A stretch of DNA of 64,000 bases, taken from assembly GCA_013265495.1 (NCBI GenBank), contig MU058213.1, forward strand, positions 3,844,001 to 3,908,000. Reading direction: 5' to 3'. A model generated the notes under the pieces. The model saw only the letters and a program-made list of their open reading frames with translations. It made no database searches and was not told the origin of the DNA. The DNA is from Vicugna vicugna. Taxonomy: Eukaryota. Shown in pieces: positions 42,290-54,509 of the stretch. The stretch's first letter is position 1, and each line of letters opens with the position of its first letter. The translations under genes were made by a program, and so were the position numbers.

Positions 42290-45200
42290 TAAAAAAACCT
42301 GTATATGACATATAAAATTTACCCTAATTTTTTGAAGTGTACAGTTCAGCAGTATTACATACATTCACACTGTTGTGTAAACAAATTTCAGAATTATTTT
42401 TTCATCTTGCAAAAACTGCAAACCTATGTCCATTAAAAATAATTCCCATCCCCCTCTCCCTGACCCCTGGCAACCACTATTCTACGTTCTATCTCTATGA
42501 TTTTGACTACTCTAGGTACCTAGTATAAGGGGAATCATATACTATTTGTCTTTTTTGTGACTGGCTTATTTCACTTAGCATAATGTCCTCAAGGTTCTTC
42601 CATGTTGGAGCATGTGTCAGAAGTTCATTTCTTTTTAAGGCTGAATAATACTGCATTGTATGTAGGTAACAGATTTTGTTTATCCATTCATTGGATAAAG
42701 CAACCTGGGTTGCTTCCCCCTTTTGGCTATTGTGAATAGTGCTGCTATGAACGTGGGTGTACAGATCTCAAAGACTCTGCTTTCAATTTGGACATTCACC
42801 TAGATGTGGAATTGCTAGATCATATGGTAATTATGTTTTTAATGTTTTGAGGAACCACCATACTGTTTTCCATAGCATCTGCACCATTTTATATCCCCAC
42901 CAACAGTGCACAAGGGTTCCAATTTTTCCATATCCTTGCCAACACCTGTTATTTTCTGTATTATTATAACAGCACTGTTACACTGTTATTTTTATATCCT
43001 AGACATTAATTCTTTGTCAGATACATGATTTGCACATATTTTCTGTAAATTGCTTTTTCTGTATTGATTGTGTCCTTTGATGTAGTCCAGTTTGTCTGTT
43101 TCTTTCTTTTGTTGGCCTGTGCTTTTAGTTTCATATCTAAGAATTAACAACCAAATCCAGTGTCACGACCATTTCCCCTATATTTTTCTAATAGGTTTAT
43201 AGTTTTAGGGTTTATATTTAGGTCTTTGACTAAATTTGAGTTAATTTTTGTATATAATATGAAATATGAGTACAGCTTCATTCTTATGCCAAGGAGACAC
43301 CTAGTTTCCCAGCTCAATTTGTTAAAGAGGCCATCTTTTCCTAGTGAATGGCCTTGGCATTCTTGTCAAAAATCATTAGACTTTATATGCAAGGAGTTAT
43401 TTTGGATCTATTCCATTGGTGTATGTATGTTCCTTTATGTCAGTATTACACTGTTTTCATTACTATACATTTGTAATAAGTTTTGAAACAGGAAGTGTGA
43501 GAGCTTCAACTTTTGTTCTTCATTTTCAAGATTGGCTATTTGTGTTCCCTTGAGATTCCATATAAATATTAGGATGTATCTGTTTCTGTAAAAATGCCAT
43601 TGGGATTTTGATAAGGATCATACTAAATCTATAGATCTCTTTGAATAGTACTGACATCTTAATAATGTTGAGTCTTCCAATTTATGACCACAGAATATTC
43701 TTCTATTCTTTTGTCTTTAAATACTTTTGGCAGTGTTTTGAAGTTTTCATTGTAAAAGCATTTTACCTCCTTGGATACTTTTATTCCTAAGTACTTTATT
43801 CTTCTTTATAGTATTATATGTGTAATTGTTCACTTCTCTTTAGGAATGTTCATTAGTAGTACATAGACACACAGCTGGGTTTGTTGTGTGTTGATTCCAT
43901 ATTCTGCAACTTTGCCAAATTAATTTATCCTGATGGTTTTCTAGTGGAATCTACAGGGTTTTCTACATACAAGATAATGTCATCAGTGAAGAGAGAATCT
44001 TGATTTGGATGCCTTTTATTTTTCTTCCCTAGCTGCTCTGACCAGAACTTTCCAGTACTAAGTTGGATAGAAGTGACAAAAAAGAGCATCCTTGTCTTGT
44101 TCCCGATTATAGAGGGAAAGCTTTCAGTCTTTTACCATTGAGTTTGATGTTAGCTGTGGGCTTTTCATAGATGGCTTTTATCATGAATCTTGAATTGAAG
44201 TAGAATCCTTCTGTTCCTTGTTTGGTGTTTTTATCATGTTTAAGTGTTGAATCTTGTCAAATGCTTTTTGTGCATCAATTGAGAGGATCATGTGAGTGTT
44301 GTTTTTTCCCCCTTCATTCTGTTAATGTGGGGTGTTAAAATGACAGGTTTTCATGTTCATCCTTGGCATTGCACAAATAAATCCCACTTGGCCATTGGGT
44401 ATAATCCTTCCTACGTGTTGTGGAACTCGGTTTGCTATTATTTTGTTGAGGATTTTCGCATCAGTATTTCTCGGGGATATTGATTTGTAGTTTCCTGCAG
44501 TGTCTTTGTCTGGCTTTCATATCAAATTATTACTGGCCTCATAGACTGAAGTGTTCTGTCCTTTTCATTTTAGGGGGAGGAACTTGAGGATGATTGGTAT
44601 TAATTTTTCTTTAAATGTTTGGTAGAACTCACGGGTGAAGCCATCTGGTCTGTGGCTTTTCTTTGTTGGGAGATTTTGATTATTCCTTCAGTCCCTACTA
44701 GTTACAGGTCTATTCAGATTTTCCTGTTTCTTCATTATTTGGTTTGGTAGGTTGTGAGTTTCTAGGAATTTATCCATTTCATCCAGGTTATCCAACTTTT
44801 GGTGTACAATTTATCATGATACTCTCTTATGAACTTGCAATGCCTCCTCTTCTACTTACAATTTTATTTCTGTAAAATCAGTTGTAATGTCCCCTTTCAT
44901 TCCTGATAATAGATATTTGACTCTTCTCTCTTTTATTCTTAGTCTAGGTAAAATTCTGTCAATTTTGTTGATCTTTTCAAAGAACCAACTCGGTTTCACT
45001 GATTTTTCTCTGCTGGTTTTCTATCCTTTATTTCACTGACTCTGCTCTAATCTTTATTGTCTCCTATTTTCAGCTTTGGGTTTAGTCTTTTTCTATAATT
45101 CTGTAAGTTGTAAAGTTAAGTTGTTGATTTTAGATCTTTTTTATGTAAATATTTACAGCTGTAAATTTCCTCTTTAAAACTGCTTTCATTGCATCCCTTA

Positions 45201-46604
45201 AATTTGGGTATGTTGTGTTTTCATTATCATTTGTCCAAAGATATTTTGATTTCTCTTGTGATTTCTTCTTTAACTCATTGGTTGTTTGAGTATGTTGTTC
45301 AATTTCCACCTATTTTTGGATTTTCCTAATGCTACTGATTTCTAGTTTCATTCCCCTGTGAACAGAAAAGATGCCTTGCATGACTTCACTGTTTTTAAAT
45401 TTACTGAGACTTGTTTGTGGCCTAACACATGATCTGTTCTGGAGGTGGGTCCATGTGCACTGTTACACTGCTGTTGGGTGGAATGTTCTGTATGCCTGTT
45501 GGGTCTAGTTGGTCTATAATGTTGTTCAAGTACTTGTCCCTTATCTTCTGTCTGGTAGTTCTTCTGTCTATATTCTTTATTGAACGTGGGGTATTGAAGT
45601 CTCATACTATTATTGTAGAGTTATTTATTTTTCCCACTAATTCTGTCAGTGTTCGTGTCATATATTTAGTAGTTCTGATGTTTGGTGCATATGTATATTT
45701 ATAATTGCCATAGCTTATGGTGAATTCACCCTTATAATGTCCTTCTTTGTATCTTGTAACTGTTTTAACTTAAAGTCTATTTTGTCTGACATTATAGCCA
45801 CCCCTATTCTCTTTTGGTTACTGTTTTCAGAGGTTCGTTTTCCATCATTTTCAGTCTGTGTGCCCTTAGGTCTAAATTGAGTCTCTTATAGACAAAATAT
45901 AGTTAGACCTTGTTTTTTAATCCGTTTTTCACATTTTGGGGGAGTTTAGTCTATTTACATTTCAAGCTATAACTGATAGGAAAGAACTTTCTATTGCCAT
46001 TTTGTTCATTGTTTTCTATATGCCTTAAAGCTTTTTCGTCTCTCATTTAAGGGTCTTAATTCCCAAAGGGTCTCAGTCCTGCTGCTTCTCAGGGCTTTAG
46101 GTATTGTGTTTTATTCCTCTGCCCATAGTCTCTTGACACTAGTTTCCCATGGTTCTGCAGACTCCTTGCAGTTTTCATGTGCAACAGTGCCCACCCCTGC
46201 TTTCAGGAGCCTCCAGCCAGATATCTAAACTATGCCACCATTCCGTCAGTGCTCTGAGTCAGGTGAGACATAAACCACTCAGGCAGACCTAAGACAAGTC
46301 AGAATGCCACAAGCAAGTTCCACTCTTTTATTTGCATCCTGAGGAAAAAGCCATGGGTTGGGGCTTCCTTCTACTTGGTCTAGAGGGTGAGGGGAAAAGG
46401 TAAGTGCCATGAAACTTCATACCATTTTGAATATGGCTTTTTCTTGGTTATGTGTTTAATTGGTTGCTGCTGCTGCTAAGTTGGTTTTAGAATCCTCACA
46501 GTGCTACATTGGTCTGTATATTGTACATCAGTGTTTCCATGGATGTTTCTTGGGAGAACAAGGGACTCAAGTTTCCTAATCTGCCATCTTGCTGACATCA
46601 CTCT
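42290..46604 (-). mobile_element. L1MB-like element, 3' end through ORF2, with a 5'-end-like segment at ~46050-46604
   Basis: Continuous antisense ORF2 remnants; terminal ctgccatcttgctgacatcactc (minus strand aagatggc, YY1-type L1 start). Confidence 0.8.
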
Positions 46605-46619
46605 CTATTATCATTTTAA

Positions 46620-48318
46620 TATATATTTTTTGAGCTACAGTTGATTGACAGTATTAGTTTCAGGTGATTCAAAATTGTTATAGATTATGCTCCATTTAAG
46701 GTTACTATAAAATATTGGCTATATTCTCTGTTCTGTACAGTGTAACTCTGTAGCATATTTATTTTATACATAGTAGCTCATATATCTAAATCCCCTGCTC
46801 CTCCGTGTCCTACCCACCCCCTCTTCCCTCTCCCCGCTGGCACAGTGTGTCTTTGCTGCTGTCAGCCTTCTGGTAAATGGGCTGGGTCCTGGCATGGCAG
46901 GTTGCAGTACTGTGGGTGATCCTGGGGCTGGTGTCTGCCCAGTGGCGGGTGGGGTTGGGGCTCAGGGAATCCTGGGCTTAGTGACAGTCCACTGGCAGGC
47001 AGAGCCAGGTCCTGTGGTCTCTGGCTACAGGGCCCAAGAGTCCCAGAGCTGGTTTTGGCCTGCTGGTGAGATCAGTTCCTGACAGATGGCTCCAAGTACA
47101 GGGTATTGTGAAGCTTGTGTCGGCCTGCTGGTGGGTGGAACTGGATCCCAGGGCAGTTGGCTGAGGGTTCCAAAGTGTCTCAGGACTACTGTTGGCCTGC
47201 TGGTGGGCTGAACCAGGCCCAGGGAATTCTGGGGCTGGTTCTGTCTCCTGGTGAGTGGAGCCAGGTCCTGGGATCTCTGGCTGCGGGGCCCAGGAGTCCT
47301 AGAACTGATTTTGGTTGGCTGGTGGGCAAGGCCAGCTCCTGACACAGCTGGATGTAGAATCCAGGGTGTCCCGAAGTTTGTGTTGGGCTACTGGTAAGTG
47401 GGGCTGGGGCCAGGGGGGCGGTCCCCAGTGCTGGTGAGTGGGCTGGATCCTGCCATGGGACTGCAGGGCTGAGGTGGTCCTAGGCTGGGGTCAGCCCTCT
47501 GGTGGGTGGGGCTGGGTCCCAAGGTATCTGGCTGCAGGGGCCTGTGCACTTGTGAGTGGAGCAGGGTCCTGGCCCTCAGGTGGGAAGGGCAGTGTTCCAC
47601 GGTGGCTGCAGGCTCAGAGGGTCTGAAGGGTAATCTGCCTGCTGATGGCAGGTGGGGCTTTGTCCCCACCCGGCTAGTTGCTTAGCCTGAAGCTTGTCGG
47701 GCTGGTGCTGACATGCTTGTGGGTGGGGCAGTGTCCTGGCGCTAATTATAAGCTAGAGGCCGCAATGGTGCTTGCAACACCATGTCCATGGGGTAGAATG
47801 GGTTCCCTAAAATGGCTACTTCCAATGTCTACAGCCTCAGGATAAGCTTCAGTTGCCTCTTGTCCCTTGGTGGGTCTGACCGAGGTTCCTTTCAGAAATT
47901 CCCTGGGTCCTAGAGCATGTGTGATTTCATGTGTGCCCTTTAAGAGTGGAGTCTCTATTTCCCACAGCCCTCTGGGTCTCCCGACAGTAAGCCCCACTGA
48001 CCTTCAAAGCCAAATGCTGTGGGAGCTTGTCTTCCCAGTGCAGGGCTCAGGGGGGGCTTAGGCCCCTTGCTCCCTGGGGAGAATCTCCGCAGTTGTAATT
48101 GTCCTTCTGTTTGTGGGCTGCCCACCTGGGAGTGTCGGTCTTGAAGATACCATAGCTCTGGTTCTTCTACCTGTCTTTTGTGGTTCCTTCTTTACATCTT
48201 TAGTTTGGATTCCAGTCTTTCTCATCAGTATTTGTTCTCTGTAAATAACTAATTTTGGTGTGCGCATGGGAGGAGGTGAGCTCAGTCTTTCTACTCTGTC
48301 ATCTTGGCAACAAAATCT
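46620..48318 (-). mobile_element. ORF-less L1: 3' tail (46620-46840) joined to a GC-rich repetitive 5'UTR (46841-48318)
   Basis: 3' end resembles the L1 end at 30587; degenerate repeats ggtgggtggggctgggtcc; terminus ctactctgtcatcttgg (minus strand ccaagatgac). Confidence 0.7.
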
Positions 48319-48319
48319 A

Positions 48320-48960
48320 AGCTACTGTCAATTATCTTTTACAGAGATTGTTTTAAAGAAAAAATACTGATGTTTACCACATGTTACTATTTCTGATACT
48401 TTTCTTTTTTATGTGTGTGCATATATAGATTCATATTTCCTTCTGATATCATTTCCCTTTTGCATGAAAGACTATTTTTCCAAGTACAAGATCTTTCTGT
48501 ACTTAATAACTTACGCTAATCTCCCTTAAAGTTTACCAGTCCTTTTTCTCCATTGTTCAAATTGCTGCAGAGCTCACCCAATTAATTTTTAACACGATTA
48601 CAAACTCTTCGTTGTCATGGGCAGTGGCTAGATTCTCTGCTCAGCTCTTCAGACCACAGCTGTTGACTTTCCTGGGCTCCCAGGACGCTCACCCTGCACG
48701 TATTTCTTAGGTGTCTGCCAAGGATTTGCAGGAACTATGTCTGCAAATTTTGAGGGATTTCCTACCTGGAAATTTCTACCCCCGTGGCAGCCCTGATGTC
48801 TAATTCCTCAGCCTAGTAAGACTGGTACTTTTTGCTTTAGGTGTATCCACTGTGAACCCATGAACTGAAAAGTGCTCTCAGAAGCCAGCTGCATGTGGAT
48901 CTCCACCAGTATGCTTCCAGTTTCTGCTTACTACTGATTATTCATCACACCTTCCAATAT
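48320..48960 (-). mobile_element. Continuation of the oldest L1 (L1MC/MD-like) host element
   Basis: gtcaattatctttt...ttccttctgatatcatttccctttt motifs continue the old L1 last seen at ~40380-40870. Confidence 0.55.
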
Positions 48961-49135
48961 AAGCTATTTTGGCATTATTGAAATTAGAACTGAGTTATTT
49001 TAAGGCGGTTCTTAACATGCTAGAGGTGTGAACATCATTAAGTTATCAAAGTTGTAGTAATTTATAATACAAAAACTAAATAGTTTTTATTGCTGATGTG
49101 ATGTTTTACATTAAAATACTACAAAGAATGCATGA

Positions 49136-49303
<168 letters not shown>

Positions 49304-49835
49304 TGAAAAAGTTTAAATAAATCTTAGGTATTATATGGACCTTTCTACTGAGGATATTGAGTATTTCTACTTAAGGTATTTTTATTTTGACATGCTTAGT
49401 CACAACATTTTATCTATATACAGATGCAAGTAAATTAGTAATGTGGAAGTAGGGTAAAGAAAATATCATATACAAAAATAACTTATCCTAGGGGATCAGT
49501 TTGCCTCTTGAAATCTTGAAGAGTGAAAACTGATTCCAAACCACTTTTGTCGCATTCACTACACAAGTTACCTAGTGGTCAGAGAGATGAATTCAGGGTT
49601 CTGCCACTGTCCCTGTTTGCAAAGGTTAGAACTGTTCTCTCAAACGGTTGGTACAATGCTGCCAGAGGCTTTTTGAGGCTAACCATTAATGCAATTACTA
49701 TTTCAAATACCATGTTGATTGGAATTAGTTACACATTCCTGTAACAAAACCTACAATTTGATAACATATTACACACACTAACAGATTTCTTGTTCTATTG
49801 TCTACTCTTAATACTAGACAATTTTTTTTTAACAG

Positions 49836-49910
49836 ATGCATATTGAAGCTGCTAAGATGTTGTCTTTCACTGAAGAAGAGTTTATAAAGGCACTTGAATG
49901 GGGAAATTAG
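49836..49910 (+). CDS. TEX9: TEX9 last coding exon (MHIEAAKMLSFTEEEFIKALEWGN*)
   Basis: tttttaacag| acceptor; 24 codons then TAG at 49908-10; matches the recalled TEX9 C-terminus. Confidence 0.95.
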   Translation: MHIEAAKMLSFTEEEFIKALEWGN

Positions 49911-50268
49911 TAAGTGATCTACTTCTTCACCTACAGTATGTGGTGGATATATATACCCTTTAAGTTTTAATGGTTTGAATTATTTTTACATGTAATGAAG
50001 ATATTTGATAATGAAATCAAAATAATTCCAAATTTCCTATTTAAATTTGGGTATACAAAATTGATATCTAATTACTAGAAAATATCTTGTAAAACAAAGT
50101 AACAGGAGTTTAACTTTTGATCCTGTTATCGCTCTTATGACCTTCTAGCCATTGTCAACTTCTTCTGAGTAGAATATTTTATGTTCTAGAGATTTAGCTC
50201 TAGTTTGTGAATGGTGTTTATCTGAAAGTCTGTTTCTATATTCTTACTGACAATTAAGTGCATTAGGT

Positions 50269-50274
50269 AATAAA
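50269..50274 (+). terminator. TEX9: Candidate TEX9 polyadenylation signal AATAAA
   Basis: First AATAAA I see after the TEX9 stop (~360 nt downstream). An alternative ATTAAA lies at 50476-81. Usage is not shown by the sequence. Confidence 0.4.
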
Positions 50275-50517
50275 GCACTTTAAAATTCCCCTTTACTTTT
50301 CTCTCTACTGTACAGTGGACAGGGAAAGATTTCCCTGGCCAAATCAGGGAAGTAAAGTTCCTAAACACAGAGACAAAAGTGGTATGGAGAGGTCAGTCTC
50401 CTGGGTTTAGCCTATGATATGGAGTTTGGTTTAGAACTCAGATCTTCAAATTATCAGTACAAAAACAATAGTTTGATTAAATGTAATTAACTTTGCAGTT
50501 AAAATATACTCAAGTAA

Positions 50518-50523
50518 TTTAAT
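50518..50523 (-). terminator. MNS1: Candidate MNS1 polyadenylation signal ATTAAA
   Basis: tttaat on the + strand, ~175 nt downstream of the MNS1 stop. Usage unverified. Confidence 0.35.
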
Positions 50524-50646
50524 TTTTATCAGAAAACAAATGTTTTCTTATAGATAACTGTTTACAAAATCATAAAATCAAAGATGTTTTAGAAAATCCA
50601 GAGACAATGGATTCCTACTCTCACTGAGCTGGAAAACAAAAATTAC

Positions 50647-50661
50647 ACTGACATCTAGTGG
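50647..50661 (-). promoter_or_regulatory. CTCF-like core motif CCACTAGATGTCAGT
   Basis: One mismatch to the CCASYAGRKGGCRS core; lies in the MNS1 3'UTR. Confidence 0.5.
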
Positions 50662-50697
50662 TAACATTCAAGAGTAAGATTTTACCAAATCTTGGTA

Positions 50698-50790
50698 TCA
50701 CTTCTCTTCACAATTTTCACTCCTTTTCTGGTACGCCTTCCTAAACTCTTCACCAAGCATATCAATATCATCCTCTTTTTTGAATACTCC
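50698..50790 (-). CDS. MNS1: MNS1 (meiosis-specific nuclear structural 1) last coding exon (GVFKKEDDIDMLGEEFRKAYQKRSENCEEK*)
   Basis: Minus-strand ttcttgtag| acceptor (ct at 50791-92); 30 codons plus TGA; matches the recalled human MNS1 C-terminus. Confidence 0.95.
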   Translation of the reverse strand, partial: GVFKKEDDIDMLGEEFRKAYQKRSENCEEK

Positions 50791-52229
50791 CTACAAGAAA
50801 AATATGTTATGTATTACTCTGCCAGAATATTTCACTAAATATAAGACCAAAAGATATATGGACATGAAGCTTGTAAGGTTATCTCCAAGATAATGAAATC
50901 TATTTAATGTATAATTGACTTGATAAATATTATTTACTGAATACTCTTGGACTGACCTGATTTCCTGATCTATCAGACCATGTGTTAGAACTTACAGAAA
51001 TCTGGGCTCTTCTGCTTTATTACAAGTACTGCTGCTTGGATGGGCTGCATGAGAAGTAATTTAATCCATAATGTACCCCCTACCCTTGTTTTGAAGCCGC
51101 TCTACAGTGTGTGTGAGGGCGGTCAGGGTGAAGAGATTGAGCTTTGCCAGATTCAGGCATGGGACTGGCTCTTGGCTCAGTTCTATGTCTAATCAGCAAA
51201 CATTCAATCTTGCAGAAGAGAATCCAGATTTGGAGTTAAACCAATTAATTTTTAATCCCTTTAAAACAAAATTAAATATTTACTTATCTAAAGAATTCAA
51301 AGAATAATTTAAGTCATTTGAAGCCCTTAGGACCTAAAGGATACAATCATTTTAGATTATCACGCCCTCTCCACTTCCGAAATTATTTTGCTTCACAAAT
51401 ACCTAAACCTCAGGCTCTCCTGAAATTTATAGTGTATATTATGAAATTTATCAATTCCAATTTGATACATTATAAAATAACTATAACTCAATAAAAAATG
51501 TTAAAAAATAAAAGGTAAGAAAAATCAATTCCATATGGCTTTTGTCATTAATACATCATTTTGTATTTATTAATCCTATCTAATTAGACTAACATCCTAT
51601 AGACAAGTAATAATTACTCAGTTCTCTTTCTCCTTCCTTCCTTTGTACTGAACTAAATATACACTTGATTCTTTTGATTGAATAAAGTATCAAATGGCAT
51701 AATTTCTATATTTGAAGGATGGAAATTTGTTATATGAGTCCAGATGTTTATGTGGCCTGTGAAACTCAGTTATTTTTATAGTCATAATGTATTTCAGATA
51801 CACATGAAAACTTGCCATCATCTTTTGGAAGTATTTTTAAAAACAGGTTACCCAGTTAAAACGTAACCTGTTGTATAGCAGATCTGCCTCAGACTCAGGT
51901 CAAGCATGTGTCTGTTACTGGTGTTACCAGTGACAAGGTTTTCCTGTACATCATCAGACAGTGTCACAACTGCTGTGAGGTAGTTTAGTTTTAGACCTCC
52001 TACACTGAAAGAGGAGAAAAGAACGTCTAAAATTGAGATGCAGTAATTCCAGCTCATATGTATAAGAATGTGCCAAGACCAACTCTCTCATTCTGGAGAT
52101 GCTCCGTTACTGGTCCACCTCACGCTGCTGCTCTGTAACAGCAGGAGGCAAGTGTAACCCAGGCCCTCTGAAATCCTAATATCCTGGTTTTTTCCCACTA
52201 CTCGAGGTTATAAGTTAAATCTCACTTAC

Positions 52230-52355
52230 CTTAGGTAGATAGCCTAGTAATTTTGTAGCATGTTCTTTGAGAAGTTTTAGTCTTTCTTCTTCAATAATTT
52301 CATTAATACATCCTTGTCGTCTTTGCTGCAGCTGCCATTCTTCCAGTTCACGTTG
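52230..52355 (-). CDS. MNS1: MNS1 penultimate coding exon (QRELEEWQLQQRRQGCINEIIEEERLKLLKEHATKLLGYLPK)
   Basis: Minus-strand ttttcag| and |gtaagt; 126 nt, phase 0->0. Confidence 0.95.
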
Positions 52356-53389
52356 CTGAAAATGTAAATAAAATTTATTGTATTGTCACAAAACACATTA
52401 ATCTTTTAAGAATTTGTCAAAACAACTACTTGCAGTAAATTAAACTGATACAGATAATATATGTATCTTTTATGTATGTTATATATGTATCTTTTACAGT
52501 CACTATTCCTCTAGAGTTATGAGAGAAATAGCTATGACTAGGATTTTACAGAGGCAAGTACATATTTTCAGGACAATATCTTTGTGACCAAGGAAAAATG
52601 GTTCAAAGAAATGATTTCTCAATTAGTTCAACAAATATTTATTAAATGCTTACCATATGCCAGGTGCTGAAGACAGCTTAACAGTGTAAGACAAAAAAGG
52701 GTGGATTAAACAGAATAGGGATATCTAAAAGTAAGTATTTCCATACATATTGTTTTTAAAGCCTGTACGAAACACAAAAGTAGCAGCAAAAGTTCTAAAA
52801 GGAGAAACAGTATTTCTCAGGAAAGAATTCTGATAGAAAACCACACCAAAATTCTGTGCCATGTAAATATGGAAGAGATGACTAGCTTCAGTGTTTCAGG
52901 GCTTAAAAGAACTCTTACGGAAATGTATCTAAATAGTCCTGTTGGATAGGGAAGGAGCTAAAGGCCGACCAGACCACTGAAATAGTGATGAATTTCTGCC
53001 AAGAATTATTTCAGTTAAAGTAGTATTAATGCTAAACTTTTCTTTGAAATAACTAGTTTAAGTCACATAAATCAGAAAGCAGGATGTCTGTCTTTTTTTT
53101 TTTTTGCTACAATGAGAGGCAAGTTTTTATATAACCTAATAACACTCTAAAGTTATTAAATGAAGACAGAGCTATATCCAATGCCAGTTAAACCCGGAAT
53201 TGCTTCTTATGAGAATATTTTTTCCTACTATCATCATCTCAGATGTATTTGTATTACAGAATCAGAAGCAGCATTGACAGCTGATTGAGAAAAGACTTTT
53301 TACACTCACACCCATCTTGCTACTGAATTGAAAGGTTGAGTTGTTCTTAATTATTTTATCTCTAAGATGAAAAAGGGTAATGGGATCTG

Positions 53390-53780
53390 CCATAGAACTG
53401 TCATGACTAAGACTGTTTCTTAAGGCTTGTTCACGCTCAAGTGTGGTCACAACAGGCCTAGGTTTTGCCAGTGGAATATAAGCTAAAGTGTCACATGGTA
53501 GTTTCTAGGAATCAGTCTTACATACATCCTTTTGCATTTCTTTCATCTAAAACATGGAAAGGAAGGTTGAAGATCCAATTTAAACCATGAAGATGAGGGC
53601 TATATTCTACAGAAACCAAAGCAAAAAGCTAGGAGGAGCCTGCGTTCCTGAAGACTATGAAAAAAGCCTCTACTGATTGCCAATCTCTAGACTTTCACAT
53701 GAGGGAAGAGTAAACTGTCTGCTAAGCCACAGTTGCTTTGAGACTGTACTTGTAGCCAGACATCATCCTAACTGATCTAC
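53390..53780 (+). mobile_element. MLT1 (MaLR) LTR
   Basis: aggagcctgcgttcctgaagact...ctaagccac...tcctaactgat 3' end. Confidence 0.7.
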
Positions 53781-54509
53781 GCGTTTTAACAGAGAGGTGC
53801 GAGAAAGTGGTATAGTGTTGTGGGGAAAGCTCACTTGTTAGGTTTTTGTCCAATGATGGCCTCTAACTTGGGTATAATGTAGGATTTCCCTTCTTAGTAT
53901 GTGGTAGACCACATTAACTGTTTATCCTAAAAACATTTTTTATAGTAAATTAGGGTAAATAGTCTAGAAAGGTATGAAACCATTTTGTCCATCAGGACAA
54001 ATTCTGAATAGCTCTGTTAGTAGGAAATATCTCCTGAGGCATTTCAGATTTTGTCTGATTAAACATATGAATTTTTTAGAGGTGGACATAATTATAGATT
54101 ATTTTTTAGAGTTAGAGCTTTATAGGACTGTGTAATGGCATGGATTCATGAGTTCTGTGAGCATGAAAATCCATCCTTGCTCTTGGGCCATAACAAAAAT
54201 GTTACAATACTGATACTTAAAACTAAGTCCACAGCTTCATATTGGGAATGTTTACAATTTTTAAAAAGTAAGACAAGTTGCTTGTTAAATTATCTATGCG
54301 TTAGGTAATATTTTCTGATTTCTCCCATTTATAGTTATCTTGATAACTTTTTTGAGGAGCTTTCTGATTACCTCTTGTAAGCCACGAGACAGGACAGTCT
54401 GAGTCACTGACTCTAACTCTTTCTAGGCAAGCAGTATTTAAAGCCTTCTGGTCAATTTCAAAAGCCTTCAAAATTTTCAGTTTCCTCAGTTACTCTGCTC
54501 TGACAATGC

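Noticed and set aside
46841..48318. GC-rich block as a CpG-island promoter, new gene or CRISPR-like array
   Set aside because: CpG-poor degenerate repeats ending in an L1-type 5' terminus; overlapping ORFs are low complexity; no constant repeat-spacer structure.
48611..48624. X-box-like GTTGTCATGGGCAG (also GTTGCTATGACAGA at 3382)
   Set aside because: Only half-site matches, both inside old repeats.
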